32,000 nucleotides of DNA from an archaeon (GTDB taxonomy: Archaea > Iainarchaeota > Iainarchaeia > Iainarchaeales > CSSED10-239): positions 91,056-123,055 of the forward strand of contig DAOOUC010000003.1 of assembly GCA_035390665.1 (NCBI GenBank), in the 5' to 3' direction. The position numbers and the translations under genes are program-made. Positions 16,845 through 25,832 of this stretch are shown here, piece after piece. The notes under the pieces are model-generated. The model worked only from the letters and a program-made list of their open reading frames with translations. It was not told the DNA's origin and made no database searches. Numbering within the stretch: position 1 is the first letter of the stretch; every line of letters starts with the position of its first letter.

Positions 16845-19800
16845 TTAATTAATTCCTGTTATTCCAATCCCTGTGTATATGTTATTATTTCCATAGATTA
16901 CTTTTGGATTCCAATAGAATTCTGTAGTCTTTCCACTATCAGAATTAACAACACAAATTTGGTTGGTTTTCACTTTCTCAAAGATGTTTGTTAAATTATC
17001 TGTATTATAATTTTCGCCATTACTTAAAAGATTCTTGGTATAACTGTCGTTTGGATTTTTATTATCTTTATTAAATTTAACAATTACATCTCCTCTTGAT
17101 TTACTTGTTAATTTATAGATGCTATTATGTGAATCATAAGGAACATAAAATATTGTTCTTAAGTTTACTATTCCTTTTCTTGCAACAGTATCCCAATCTA
17201 TTGCATAAGAATTATACATTCTTTCATCAGGTGTTGTTTGTCTATCATAGAAATTTATAAATCTAGAATATACATATTCTCCTGAGAAATCATAATAGTT
17301 ACTATCTCCAACTCCATTCCATACTCCTAAACTAGTGCCACCATATAATGGTTGATTTGATGGATCCGTTATTTGATAGTATGCACTAAATGGCATTAAA
17401 TTTGTTCTTGTTACGCTCATTAATGTTGCATTTGGATAGTTTGGAGAATAGATTAATTGAATCTGATCTTCTGTTTGTTCTTTTATTGTAAGTATGTTAC
17501 CTCTTGTTTCTACATTGCTGTTTATTTTAAAGAAATCTTTATTATATTGTACATTTAAATATTTCTTTGGATTTGATGAACTACTATATTTTGTAGTTAA
17601 AGGCAATTCTCCTTGTTTACTTATTGTTATTTCATCACCCATATATGCTAAACCATAATTTTGTCTGGAATATCCATTGTTTGTTAAACCTACTGCACCA
17701 TTAAATGGCATTCTGTAGAAAATACTATCGCTTTCTGGTCCAGAGATATATGTTAAAGTTACTGTTGTATTAACATCTAAATCATCTGCTCTTATAAAAT
17801 CCCAGTGCTCATTTCCAAATATAAAATCAATTCTTACTTTATATTTTCCTGGAACTAAAATGTTTACACCTGATTGATTATTTGTATATTTTAAATTAAA
17901 TTCTGTGTTATCTCTAAACAATTTTGAATATATCCCATTTTGATAATAACTTGGAGCACCTAAGAAAGCATAAGTACTTGATTGTCCAGCAGACATTTTT
18001 CCACCATAAGCTTTATCAAAGTCTGTTTGGAATTGTTTATTATAATTGTCTGTGATTAGATATGCGTCAAACTCTATTGTTTGTTTTAATTGTTGTATGT
18101 CTTCTATATTCCATTCACTAATGACATTATTTGGATATTGTTCTTTATTAAACCACATATCTATGTAGTCTACTCCATTAAATTGAGCGGTTGTTATTGG
18201 AACTTGACAAGGACCTCCTGTTGGTTGTGCCTGGTGCACACTTAAATTAATATCTGTTGTGTAATATGTTTGATTTGGATCTTCTAAATAAGTATTTGCT
18301 CCAGAATATTCAACTTCTAACTTAATATTGTTTCCTATTAGAGGGTTTGCTTGTTCACCATAAGTAAACCAATACTCTGCTGTATTTTCATTTTCACAAG
18401 CTGGAACTGTTGTGTTTAATATTGGATTGATTGTATTTATTCCAATCACTGTTCCTTCAGTGTGTTGTCTTTCAGTTGTACAATTATCATTTGGAAGTAA
18501 TTCTGTATATGATTTTAATATTTGATTTCCTAATTTTAGATTTAATGTTCCTGTTTTTAAAGAACCTGTTCTATTTTCTATAACTACTCCAATCTTTACT
18601 AAATTACCATCTGTTCTTGCACTTACATTTTGTAAACCAATGTAACCTGCAGGAATTTCATTATCTAGATTTGGAACACTTGAAGTTAAATTATATGATC
18701 CAGACAATGCTTGATCAAGAACTTGCCCTGTACTTCTTGGACAAATTATTTCTTTATTTTCTAATTGATCTTCTACTTTTTTCATTCTTTCAATAATTAC
18801 TTGAGACAATTGTGTAGCATCACAATATTGATTACCTGTGCTACAAACATTTGTATCAAAACCTGTTGTTTTCCATGTCCAATCAAGATTTACTTTTGGC
18901 ACAGCTCCCTCTCCAGTTTTACCAACCTTCCCTGAATCTGTAAAACAATCAACCATATTCTGGTCAACTTGTGGGCTATCAGGATATTGTTTAGAGATAA
19001 ATGCAAATCTGAAATCTCCAATAGGTTGTGAACCAACAAAGGCTTTGTCTTGTGAACCATTATTATCATTTAAAGTTGGTTTGAAAGTAATATTCTTATA
19101 AACAATATCTCCTCTTAGAAGTTTTTGATATGTGCTATTGCCATCTATTGAATAATCAACAACGAAATCAATAGGTTTAATACCTGCTTGTTCTGGCCAT
19201 ATTGCTTTATCGTATTTACAAGAAGTATATACTTCAAATTCTAAATTTATTTTATTTCTTGTTGGTTTACTACCATAACATTGAACTCCTGCAATTATTT
19301 GATCTTCAGTTACTTCATATTTATCAAATTTATCATTACAGTTTTCGTTTTTTACTATTCTTTTATATTCATCAAAGAATTCTTGGTGTTGTTTTCCACC
19401 ACATTTTGGCATTTCTGTATCTAACATTTCATCTGATGTTAATTTATTTGTTTTATCGTTATCAGTTTTACCTATTAATTTCAAATAAGTAAAATATCTT
19501 GCACCAGTAATATCAAACACATTTACAAATTCTTCTTGATCCCCATCTGATATAATTTTAATTTCTTTTGTAGTTTCAAAGTCAGGCATCGTGTAAATTT
19601 GAGAAACATCTAAAACATGATAATGAGGATTAAATGAATAATCATTATGCCAGGTTGATGCCATCCATCCACCAATTGCTATAACACCAATTGCAGCCCA
19701 ACCCCATGGTCCAATTGCTGCTAATACCGTGTACAAAGGACCTAAAAATGCTCCACCTGCATATGTACCTGCAACAGATCCAAATACCATTGCCATTGTT

Positions 19801-22800
19801 AAACTACTAGTCCCTGCAGCTAATGCTCCGCCAATTATTGCTGTTGTTGCTAATGATGCTGCAACAGTAGATGCTGTATTCCACCATTCTGCTCCATCAT
19901 CGGTTTGATTTGTTAATTCATTTGGGAGACTAAATAACATTTTTTCAAAATATGGACGTTCTTCTGAAGTTACCATAAATCTTGAAAAGCCTGTGTCGCC
20001 TTCAACTTTTTGAACAGCATAGTCCCAAGGTGTAACATTTATATCGCTGTTTAATAGTCTTACAGTCTGACTTGAATATATTTCTGTTCCAATTTCATTT
20101 TGTGTCTTTTCCATTTCTATAAATGGATCTTCCATGTATAATCCTGAAGAAGAATGTACGTTTACTTTTAATCTCTTTTCAATATTAACTATTGCCCTTC
20201 CCGTGTCTCCAAGAACAGATATCTTTACAGGTATAATATATGCTCCTGGTACTTCTGGCTTTATTATTCCAACAACTTGTGTTGTGTCTCCTCTATTAAA
20301 GTTTATTTCGTTCTGTAGAAGACCTTCCATGTTGTCGTATCTTACTTTTTGACAACCATACCATTTCTTACCTTCACAGAATTCTAATTTAAATCTTCCA
20401 AGATCTGAACAATTATTCTTAACATTTAGTTCTTTTATTTCGCCTTCAAAAGTTTCTTTAGGTACTACTAACATGTTGTTAATCTTTTTTGAACCATCAT
20501 AGAAGTCAATACAGTCTTGTATCTTTCTTATTGCAATGTCTGTTGTAAATGCTATTTCTTTTGAAGTATTTACATATTTTAAACCATCGTTAGTTTCTAC
20601 TTGTCCATTAATATAAATCTTTGTCTTAACATCTCCAAACTTTTTATCAAGAGCTCTATATTCAATTATTGCTGCGTGTGGTCCTGGAGATAAATCATTA
20701 AAGATTGTGGTATATGCTCCTTCTGAAAGAGTTATTGATTTACCATCAACTGTTAAAATATAATTACCATACATGTCTTTATCATTAACAATTTTTGCTC
20801 TTATGTTCTTTAAGTTTATTGATTCTTCAGAATTTCCCTTTACTCTACAGTTGTTTGTTATTGTAAATGTTTGAATAACTGCACTATTACCACTAACAAT
20901 AGATTGCCATGGATTACTTACTCCATTAACAACCAAACAATCATCTTCTTCTACTCCTTCGCCAACTGATAACTTAACATTCATTGGTATCTCAAATGGA
21001 TAAGTAGTTTGACTTTCACCAACTAAAACATTACCTGTAATTGTCCCAACAAGATTTAAAGTTTCAACAAGATTTTCTGCATCTTGAGATGCTGCTAGTT
21101 TTAATTTAATATCTGCTTCTCCATTTGCTGGAACAACAATGTTACCAACTTGAGAATTTAAATAATTCTTTAATTGTTCAATATTTAAATAATTAGAATT
21201 ACTAAAACTAAAGCCATCGTCTGTAAATTCCTTTAATGTTAATGGATAATCTGTTTTATTAACAATTGTTAATCTTTTCTCTGTACCTTGTGGATTTGAT
21301 TTATTAATATTTAAAATAAATGGCGATGCGGGTTTTACTTCACTACCATCTTGCTTTAAACTTAAAATGTCTTGATTAATAACTATTTCTACTGGTGCTG
21401 AATAATATCCACTTTTTTCTACAGAAATTATTATTTTTTCTGCATTCTTTAATGGAGGTAAATTTATAGAAGCAACACCAATGTCGTTTGTTCGTTGTTG
21501 TCCAACATTTAGTGCAATTAATTGATTGTTTCCTTTTTTCTGATAGATGTTAACAATTGCATTAGTTATTGGTTGATTAGAATTGTCCATTGCAATTACT
21601 TTTAATGTAAATGCTTTATTTGGCACAATATTTTGTGGTTCGTAAGTAATTGTAAAAGGAAATTGTTGACTTGCAGTTATTTCTATCATCTTATTATAAG
21701 CAACTAATTGACCAGAAATTATTTTATTTTGTATTCTTGTTCCTCCAAGTAATACTGGTTTAATTGTGGTATTAACATAAATTTTATCATAAACATTAAT
21801 TGTTTGAGAATCTAAATAATCCCCATAGAAAGGAATACTATTTCTTGTCTGTTCTCCACTACTTGATGAAGAACTAAATCCTGCTCCTGAAATTGTGTAA
21901 TTTAAGAAATTAATTGCTTGTGTTGGTATTTCGTTATTATTTTCAATATTCTTTATTGTTAATCTATTATTATAGAATACATTAGATTTAGCATTTGTTA
22001 TTTCATAATTAAATTGATATGTTTTATTTACAATCAATCCATTATTTGTTTCATCTAAATCATAAGCAATTCCATCCTCTGTATCTACAAACTGACCTTT
22101 TATACAGAAGTCTTCTGAACATAATTCACTTACATCAATATAATAGATTTTTTGATTACCAAGGGTGTTTGGTTCTGGTGCAACCCCAGTATAAATTGAG
22201 TAATATATTGGAATAGCTGCCCCTCTTGTAGCCGCAAGAGTTTGCACAGGTATAGTTAATTCATAAACTCCTGCCTGCACATTTGAAAACATTGTATCTG
22301 TCATCTTTGTTGGAGAATCTTGTAATACTCTTGTTGGTAAAGTGTCTGAATAATATGCTGTGTTAGCTATTGAATTAAGTATTGGTTTAATTAATACAAT
22401 ATCTTCAGTAATATTATTTTTTTCTCCAATTAAAAACCTAATTCCGAGATTTCCTGGATTTGGTGTGATTAATCTAAACTTAAAATTAAATCTTGCATTT
22501 TGTGTAAAATTTTCTGTTGATTGTTCTGAAATATTATATAATCCAATTAATTCTGCTGTTGGAGTTGTTGCATATCCAGATCTATATAATTTTATTTCTT
22601 TATTTAATGTTTCATTCTTAATTACAGGCATTAATTCTGTAAAATAATCATAATATCCTGTTTTGCTTATTTTAGCATAAACTATTTTATCTGCTTTTAT
22701 TTTTTTATTATAAATTCCTGATTGATTTGCTTGATCAAGTCCTATTTCTTCTCCAGTGATATTATATAATCTAATGTCTGCAAAATCTATTGTTTCATTA

Positions 22801-24389
22801 TTTATGTTTTTTATATTAAGATTGATTGTTCCTTGTCCAATATTTATTAATATAGAAACATTAGAATCTGTTGGTGGTGTGTGCGTAAATTTATTTGATT
22901 CTCCAACAACATTTGTTTTTCTTAATTTAACAAAGTAATAGCCTGTTGGAATATTTTCAAAACTTGCCTGTCCATTAACATCTGTAAGTAATGGAGTAAA
23001 TCTTGTATCAATATATCCTAAGTTTCCATCATATAACCATAATGTTGCACCCACAATAGGCAAATTATCTTCGTCTTTTACACTTATATTAATATCAGAA
23101 ACATTACTTACTGTTATTTTTTCTAAAAATATAGAATATTCATTTACATTTGGAGTTATATTTCTTACTTGTGGGATATATCCTTCTGCTTTTGCAGTTA
23201 AAGAATAATTTTTACCGTCTTCTATTCGTAGCATTATTCCGGTTTGAGTATATGCTTTAGTATCAACTGTTTGATTTGCATCTAATATCAATAAAACATT
23301 TGGCATATATTCTACAGAAATTTCTTGATTTGTTTCACTATCTTTTAAAATAACTTTTATATCTCTTGTAACAATAGAAACAATTGAATCTCCTGGATTT
23401 ACAACTTCATTAATTGCATCTAACTCTAAACTTACTTGTGATTCAACATTTTTTGTAACAATAAAATTAGCTGATTTTGTTTGATATCTTGAAGAATCAT
23501 CTGTTGCTGTTACTATATATTCTCCTGTCTCAATATTTGAAAACCTTCTTGCTCCAAATTGAGATTGTCCAGAAGTAACAGGATTAATTGTGTCTTCTAC
23601 TTTATATATTCTTAAAGTAATTCCATCTAATGGGTTTGCTCCACTTTTTACTGTTACTCTAACTTGTCCATATTCTGCTATTATTGATTTTTCTTGTAAT
23701 TGAATTATGCCCGTCTCAGGATTAATAATTACATTTGTTGCTGAATATGTGTTTCCGATAGCTGTTGCAACAAGTCTATTACACATTAAAGGTAATTCAA
23801 ATGTGCCTTTTCCATTTTCTACATTTGTTATTGATGGAACAACAACCTGTGTGCCATCTTGACAAGTAATTGTTACATTTAATTTTTCTGAAACTAATTG
23901 ACCATCAGGCCCAATAAATTGTAATGATTTATTTTGTTTTGATGCAATCTCAAATATATCAACAGTAAAGTTTAATCTTGATTTGCTTAAATCTAATACT
24001 TCTTCTTTATACTTATACCCTTTTTTATTTATGATTAATGCATAATCACCATATTTATTTAATTCAATTGTAAAAATACCTTTACTATCGGTTCTATAAC
24101 TTTGAGTAGAATTACTATTTAAATTTTTTATTTCAAATTCGAAATTTGTTAATAATTTGTTTGTATTATCTGCAATTGCAATTGTATAAACGCTTGTTTC
24201 TTCGGTTAAGTTTGAAGAAAATGGTTTAAATATTAAAAAGAGAATAACAAGAATAATCGCAATAAATAAAAACAAAGAAGCAGTAGGAAAAAGTTTATCT
24301 ATTGGTTTTGTAAGCCATTTAATTGGTATTCTTTCGTTTATTTTTTCAATAGTTGCCTGATATTTTTCTGAAAAACTCATACATTTCAC
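16845..24389 (-). CDS. Giant N-terminally membrane-anchored surface protein (2514 aa) with beta-sandwich array, internal Gly/Ala-rich hydrophobic segment and family C-terminal region
   Basis: The track start is GTG at 24389 (MKCM...). An in-frame ATG at 24380 (MSFSEKYQ...), preceded by GTGA, is at least as likely. TM helix ASLFLFIAIILVILFLIF (about 24228..24284). There are at least 6 CarboxypepD_reg-like segments; the most canonical is INISVKDEDNLPIVGATLWLYDG...TDVNGQASFENIPTGYYFVKL (about 22925..23100). Further Ig-like segments follow (LTIVNKTDYPLTL, FTITNNCRVKGN, LNVKNNCSDLGRF). An uncharged hydrophobic block spans aa 1502-1581. The C-terminal 700 aa or so are shared with the other giants. 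Confidence 0.92.
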   Translation of the reverse strand: MKCMSFSEKYQATIEKINERIPIKWLTKPIDKLFPTASLFLFIAIILVILFLIFKPFSSNLTEETSVYTIAIADNTNKLLTNFEFEIKNLNSNSTQSYRTDSKGIFTIELNKYGDYALIINKKGYKYKEEVLDLSKSRLNFTVDIFEIASKQNKSLQFIGPDGQLVSEKLNVTITCQDGTQVVVPSITNVENGKGTFELPLMCNRLVATAIGNTYSATNVIINPETGIIQLQEKSIIAEYGQVRVTVKSGANPLDGITLRIYKVEDTINPVTSGQSQFGARRFSNIETGEYIVTATDDSSRYQTKSANFIVTKNVESQVSLELDAINEVVNPGDSIVSIVTRDIKVILKDSETNQEISVEYMPNVLLILDANQTVDTKAYTQTGIMLRIEDGKNYSLTAKAEGYIPQVRNITPNVNEYSIFLEKITVSNVSDINISVKDEDNLPIVGATLWLYDGNLGYIDTRFTPLLTDVNGQASFENIPTGYYFVKLRKTNVVGESNKFTHTPPTDSNVSILINIGQGTINLNIKNINNETIDFADIRLYNITGEEIGLDQANQSGIYNKKIKADKIVYAKISKTGYYDYFTELMPVIKNETLNKEIKLYRSGYATTPTAELIGLYNISEQSTENFTQNARFNFKFRLITPNPGNLGIRFLIGEKNNITEDIVLIKPILNSIANTAYYSDTLPTRVLQDSPTKMTDTMFSNVQAGVYELTIPVQTLAATRGAAIPIYYSIYTGVAPEPNTLGNQKIYYIDVSELCSEDFCIKGQFVDTEDGIAYDLDETNNGLIVNKTYQFNYEITNAKSNVFYNNRLTIKNIENNNEIPTQAINFLNYTISGAGFSSSSSSGEQTRNSIPFYGDYLDSQTINVYDKIYVNTTIKPVLLGGTRIQNKIISGQLVAYNKMIEITASQQFPFTITYEPQNIVPNKAFTLKVIAMDNSNQPITNAIVNIYQKKGNNQLIALNVGQQRTNDIGVASINLPPLKNAEKIIISVEKSGYYSAPVEIVINQDILSLKQDGSEVKPASPFILNINKSNPQGTEKRLTIVNKTDYPLTLKEFTDDGFSFSNSNYLNIEQLKNYLNSQVGNIVVPANGEADIKLKLAASQDAENLVETLNLVGTITGNVLVGESQTTYPFEIPMNVKLSVGEGVEEDDCLVVNGVSNPWQSIVSGNSAVIQTFTITNNCRVKGNSEESINLKNIRAKIVNDKDMYGNYILTVDGKSITLSEGAYTTIFNDLSPGPHAAIIEYRALDKKFGDVKTKIYINGQVETNDGLKYVNTSKEIAFTTDIAIRKIQDCIDFYDGSKKINNMLVVPKETFEGEIKELNVKNNCSDLGRFKLEFCEGKKWYGCQKVRYDNMEGLLQNEINFNRGDTTQVVGIIKPEVPGAYIIPVKISVLGDTGRAIVNIEKRLKVNVHSSSGLYMEDPFIEMEKTQNEIGTEIYSSQTVRLLNSDINVTPWDYAVQKVEGDTGFSRFMVTSEERPYFEKMLFSLPNELTNQTDDGAEWWNTASTVAASLATTAIIGGALAAGTSSLTMAMVFGSVAGTYAGGAFLGPLYTVLAAIGPWGWAAIGVIAIGGWMASTWHNDYSFNPHYHVLDVSQIYTMPDFETTKEIKIISDGDQEEFVNVFDITGARYFTYLKLIGKTDNDKTNKLTSDEMLDTEMPKCGGKQHQEFFDEYKRIVKNENCNDKFDKYEVTEDQIIAGVQCYGSKPTRNKINLEFEVYTSCKYDKAIWPEQAGIKPIDFVVDYSIDGNSTYQKLLRGDIVYKNITFKPTLNDNNGSQDKAFVGSQPIGDFRFAFISKQYPDSPQVDQNMVDCFTDSGKVGKTGEGAVPKVNLDWTWKTTGFDTNVCSTGNQYCDATQLSQVIIERMKKVEDQLENKEIICPRSTGQVLDQALSGSYNLTSSVPNLDNEIPAGYIGLQNVSARTDGNLVKIGVVIENRTGSLKTGTLNLKLGNQILKSYTELLPNDNCTTERQHTEGTVIGINTINPILNTTVPACENENTAEYWFTYGEQANPLIGNNIKLEVEYSGANTYLEDPNQTYYTTDINLSVHQAQPTGGPCQVPITTAQFNGVDYIDMWFNKEQYPNNVISEWNIEDIQQLKQTIEFDAYLITDNYNKQFQTDFDKAYGGKMSAGQSSTYAFLGAPSYYQNGIYSKLFRDNTEFNLKYTNNQSGVNILVPGKYKVRIDFIFGNEHWDFIRADDLDVNTTVTLTYISGPESDSIFYRMPFNGAVGLTNNGYSRQNYGLAYMGDEITISKQGELPLTTKYSSSSNPKKYLNVQYNKDFFKINSNVETRGNILTIKEQTEDQIQLIYSPNYPNATLMSVTRTNLMPFSAYYQITDPSNQPLYGGTSLGVWNGVGDSNYYDFSGEYVYSRFINFYDRQTTPDERMYNSYAIDWDTVARKGIVNLRTIFYVPYDSHNSIYKLTSKSRGDVIVKFNKDNKNPNDSYTKNLLSNGENYNTDNLTNIFEKVKTNQICVVNSDSGKTTEFYWNPKVIYGNNNIYTGIGITGIN
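19647..19886 (-). other. Region encoding an 80-residue uncharged Gly/Ala/Thr/Ser/Trp-rich hydrophobic segment (predicted multi-pass membrane or glycine-zipper segment) inside the 2514-aa ORF
   Basis: aa 1502-1581: WWNTASTVAASLATTAIIGGALAAGTSSLTMAMVFGSVAGTYAGGAFLGPLYTVLAAIGPWGWAAIGVIAIGGWMASTWH. It contains no D/E/K/R, while the rest of the protein is dominated by N/K/I/D/E. GSVAGTYAGGAFLG contains a GxxxGxxxG motif. The DNA is visibly more G+C-rich here than in its surroundings. Confidence 0.75.
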
Positions 24390-24458
24390 TTTTTACAATA
24401 AATATATACTTAAATATATTTATATTAGAAAAGAAAGTATTTAAATAATATGGTTTTT
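24390..24458 (-). promoter_or_regulatory. Probable promoter/5' leader for the 2514-aa gene unit
   Basis: Lies between the terminator hairpin and the start codon. The minus strand reads ...AAAAACCATATTATTTAAATACTTTCTTTTCTAATATAAATATATTTAAGTATATATTTATTGTAAAAAGTGAAATGTATG. It has a TATA-like TTTAAATA and ATATAAATATA. GTGA lies just upstream of ATG 24380. No transcription start site can be assigned from sequence alone. Confidence 0.35.
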
Positions 24459-24490
24459 AAAGAAAAAGAAGATGAGCAGAAAAGCTCATC
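24459..24490 (-). terminator. Intrinsic-terminator-like hairpin plus T-tract after the 442-aa gene
   Basis: The minus strand reads GATGAGC-TTTTCT-GCTCATC, a perfect 7-bp stem with four G:C pairs and a 6-nt loop (24490..24471). It is immediately followed by TTCTTTTTCTTT. The TGA stop (24486..24488) sits in the 5' arm. This is the only G:C-containing perfect inverted repeat I found in an intergenic position. Confidence 0.6.
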
Positions 24491-25814
24491 TACAATCAGT
24501 TAATGGTTTAGAATAACAAAATGCTGCTGTTGTTTTACAGGTTGTATTACTTTGACAAGCAGCAACAGAATATAATGAAATTTGATTATTTGTACAGGTT
24601 GCTGCATAAACTGTTTGTGCATCTGGTCTACAAACACACCCAAAAGCACCTGATTGTAACCCAGCATCAGCACATTTCCCCACATCTCCTGTAGTTCCAG
24701 AAGTAAATGTTGTTGTGTAATATTTAATGACTGCTGGTGTTTGAATGGTTGAAGAAGGAATAACCGGCGTATTTGTTACTGGTGCTGACACGGGCACACT
24801 TGGTGTTTCTACTGGAACTTGCGTACTCCAGGTCATAGTTGTATTACATCCAATTGTAGCGCCTTTCCAACAAGAAGTATTTAAATTACCTGGATATTCT
24901 CCTAGATAAATATAATTGTGATTTGTTGGATTCCACATTTTATTATATGGCCCATAAACAACAGTTGATCCATTGAAACATTTTTCAACACCATAGTAGT
25001 TTTGTTTATTACTTCTTACACACACACATCTATAGTTTAAACTATCTTGCTCTATTGGATAATCTTCAATATTACATTGTTGTGCTGCATTTCTAGTAAT
25101 TAAAACATAATTAAAGGTTTTGGTTATTGTTTGTGGCTCAATATAATTGTATTCTAAATTTATTTGGCTAGTGTCTAAAATCCAAGTTAATAAACAATTT
25201 TTTCTTAAATTATTACAATTTTGATTATTTTCATTACAAAAGAACAGAATTATTTTATTATTCATTTCACAGTTTAAAACGGTTTTTTGCTCAAGCAAAT
25301 CTAAATTATAAAAGGTAGCATAGCTTATGGTGACTTTGTCTGGAGTTTTCTGTAAAAATAATAAAACATATGGTTCATTTATTGATTCATTTGTTGTAAA
25401 TTGAAATCTTGACTGAGAATTATTAAATTTAATTTTTGTAATGTTTGAATTTGGATTTAATGTATATCTGGTGTTACCATTATGTAAATTATATCCTGCA
25501 TTTTGATTATCAGCTAAAAAGTTATTTATTTCTGTAATTGCTGAATTTGTTGTATTAAGATTAAAAAACATAACATATGTTGTGTTTGTCGAAAAGATTG
25601 GATTTAGAGTTATATCCACATTCTTTATTTTATTCTTATAATTAAAAACAAATGCCTGCTCTGTTGATTCTGTGGTACTTGATAAAGAAACATAAGATTG
25701 ATCTGAAATATTGTAGTTAACAGAAGCAATTGGTTTTATTTCTAAGGTGTTTGCATTAATTATGGTTATTTGTATTATGCAAAATAAAGCAATTAATAAT
25801 GTTATTTTTTTCAT
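24486..25814 (-). CDS. Secreted Cys-rich protein (442 aa) with Pro/Thr/Val linker and C-terminal 8-Cys mini-domain
   Basis: ATG at 25814 with a strong AGGTGG 4 nt upstream. Signal-peptide-like MKKITLLIALFCIIQITIINA|NTLE. Linker TQVPVETPSVPVSAPVTNTPVIPSSTIQTPAV (aa 331-361). The tail (aa 381-442) has 8 Cys. A duplicated motif reads RCVCVRSNKQNYYGVEKCFNG / GCVCRPDAQTVYAATCTNN. This is the only gene here ending in TGA; the other seven visible stops are TAA. Confidence 0.88.
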   Translation of the reverse strand: MKKITLLIALFCIIQITIINANTLEIKPIASVNYNISDQSYVSLSSTTESTEQAFVFNYKNKIKNVDITLNPIFSTNTTYVMFFNLNTTNSAITEINNFLADNQNAGYNLHNGNTRYTLNPNSNITKIKFNNSQSRFQFTTNESINEPYVLLFLQKTPDKVTISYATFYNLDLLEQKTVLNCEMNNKIILFFCNENNQNCNNLRKNCLLTWILDTSQINLEYNYIEPQTITKTFNYVLITRNAAQQCNIEDYPIEQDSLNYRCVCVRSNKQNYYGVEKCFNGSTVVYGPYNKMWNPTNHNYIYLGEYPGNLNTSCWKGATIGCNTTMTWSTQVPVETPSVPVSAPVTNTPVIPSSTIQTPAVIKYYTTTFTSGTTGDVGKCADAGLQSGAFGCVCRPDAQTVYAATCTNNQISLYSVAACQSNTTCKTTAAFCYSKPLTDCR

Positions 25815-25818
25815 TTAT

Positions 25819-25824
25819 CCACCT
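25819..25824 (-). promoter_or_regulatory. Shine-Dalgarno AGGTGG for the 442-aa gene
   Basis: The minus strand reads CAATAAATTTTAGTAGGTGGATAAATG. AGGTGG lies 4 nt before the ATG, within the 18-nt gap after the upstream TAA. Confidence 0.7.
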
Positions 25825-25832
25825 ACTAAAAT

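Noticed and set aside
24500-24685. Minus-strand 61-aa ORF overlapping the 3' end of the 442-aa gene in another frame
   Set aside because: It is fully nested in the Cys-rich tail coding region. The relatively G+C-rich stretch keeps an alternative frame open by chance. There is no RBS and no plausible product.
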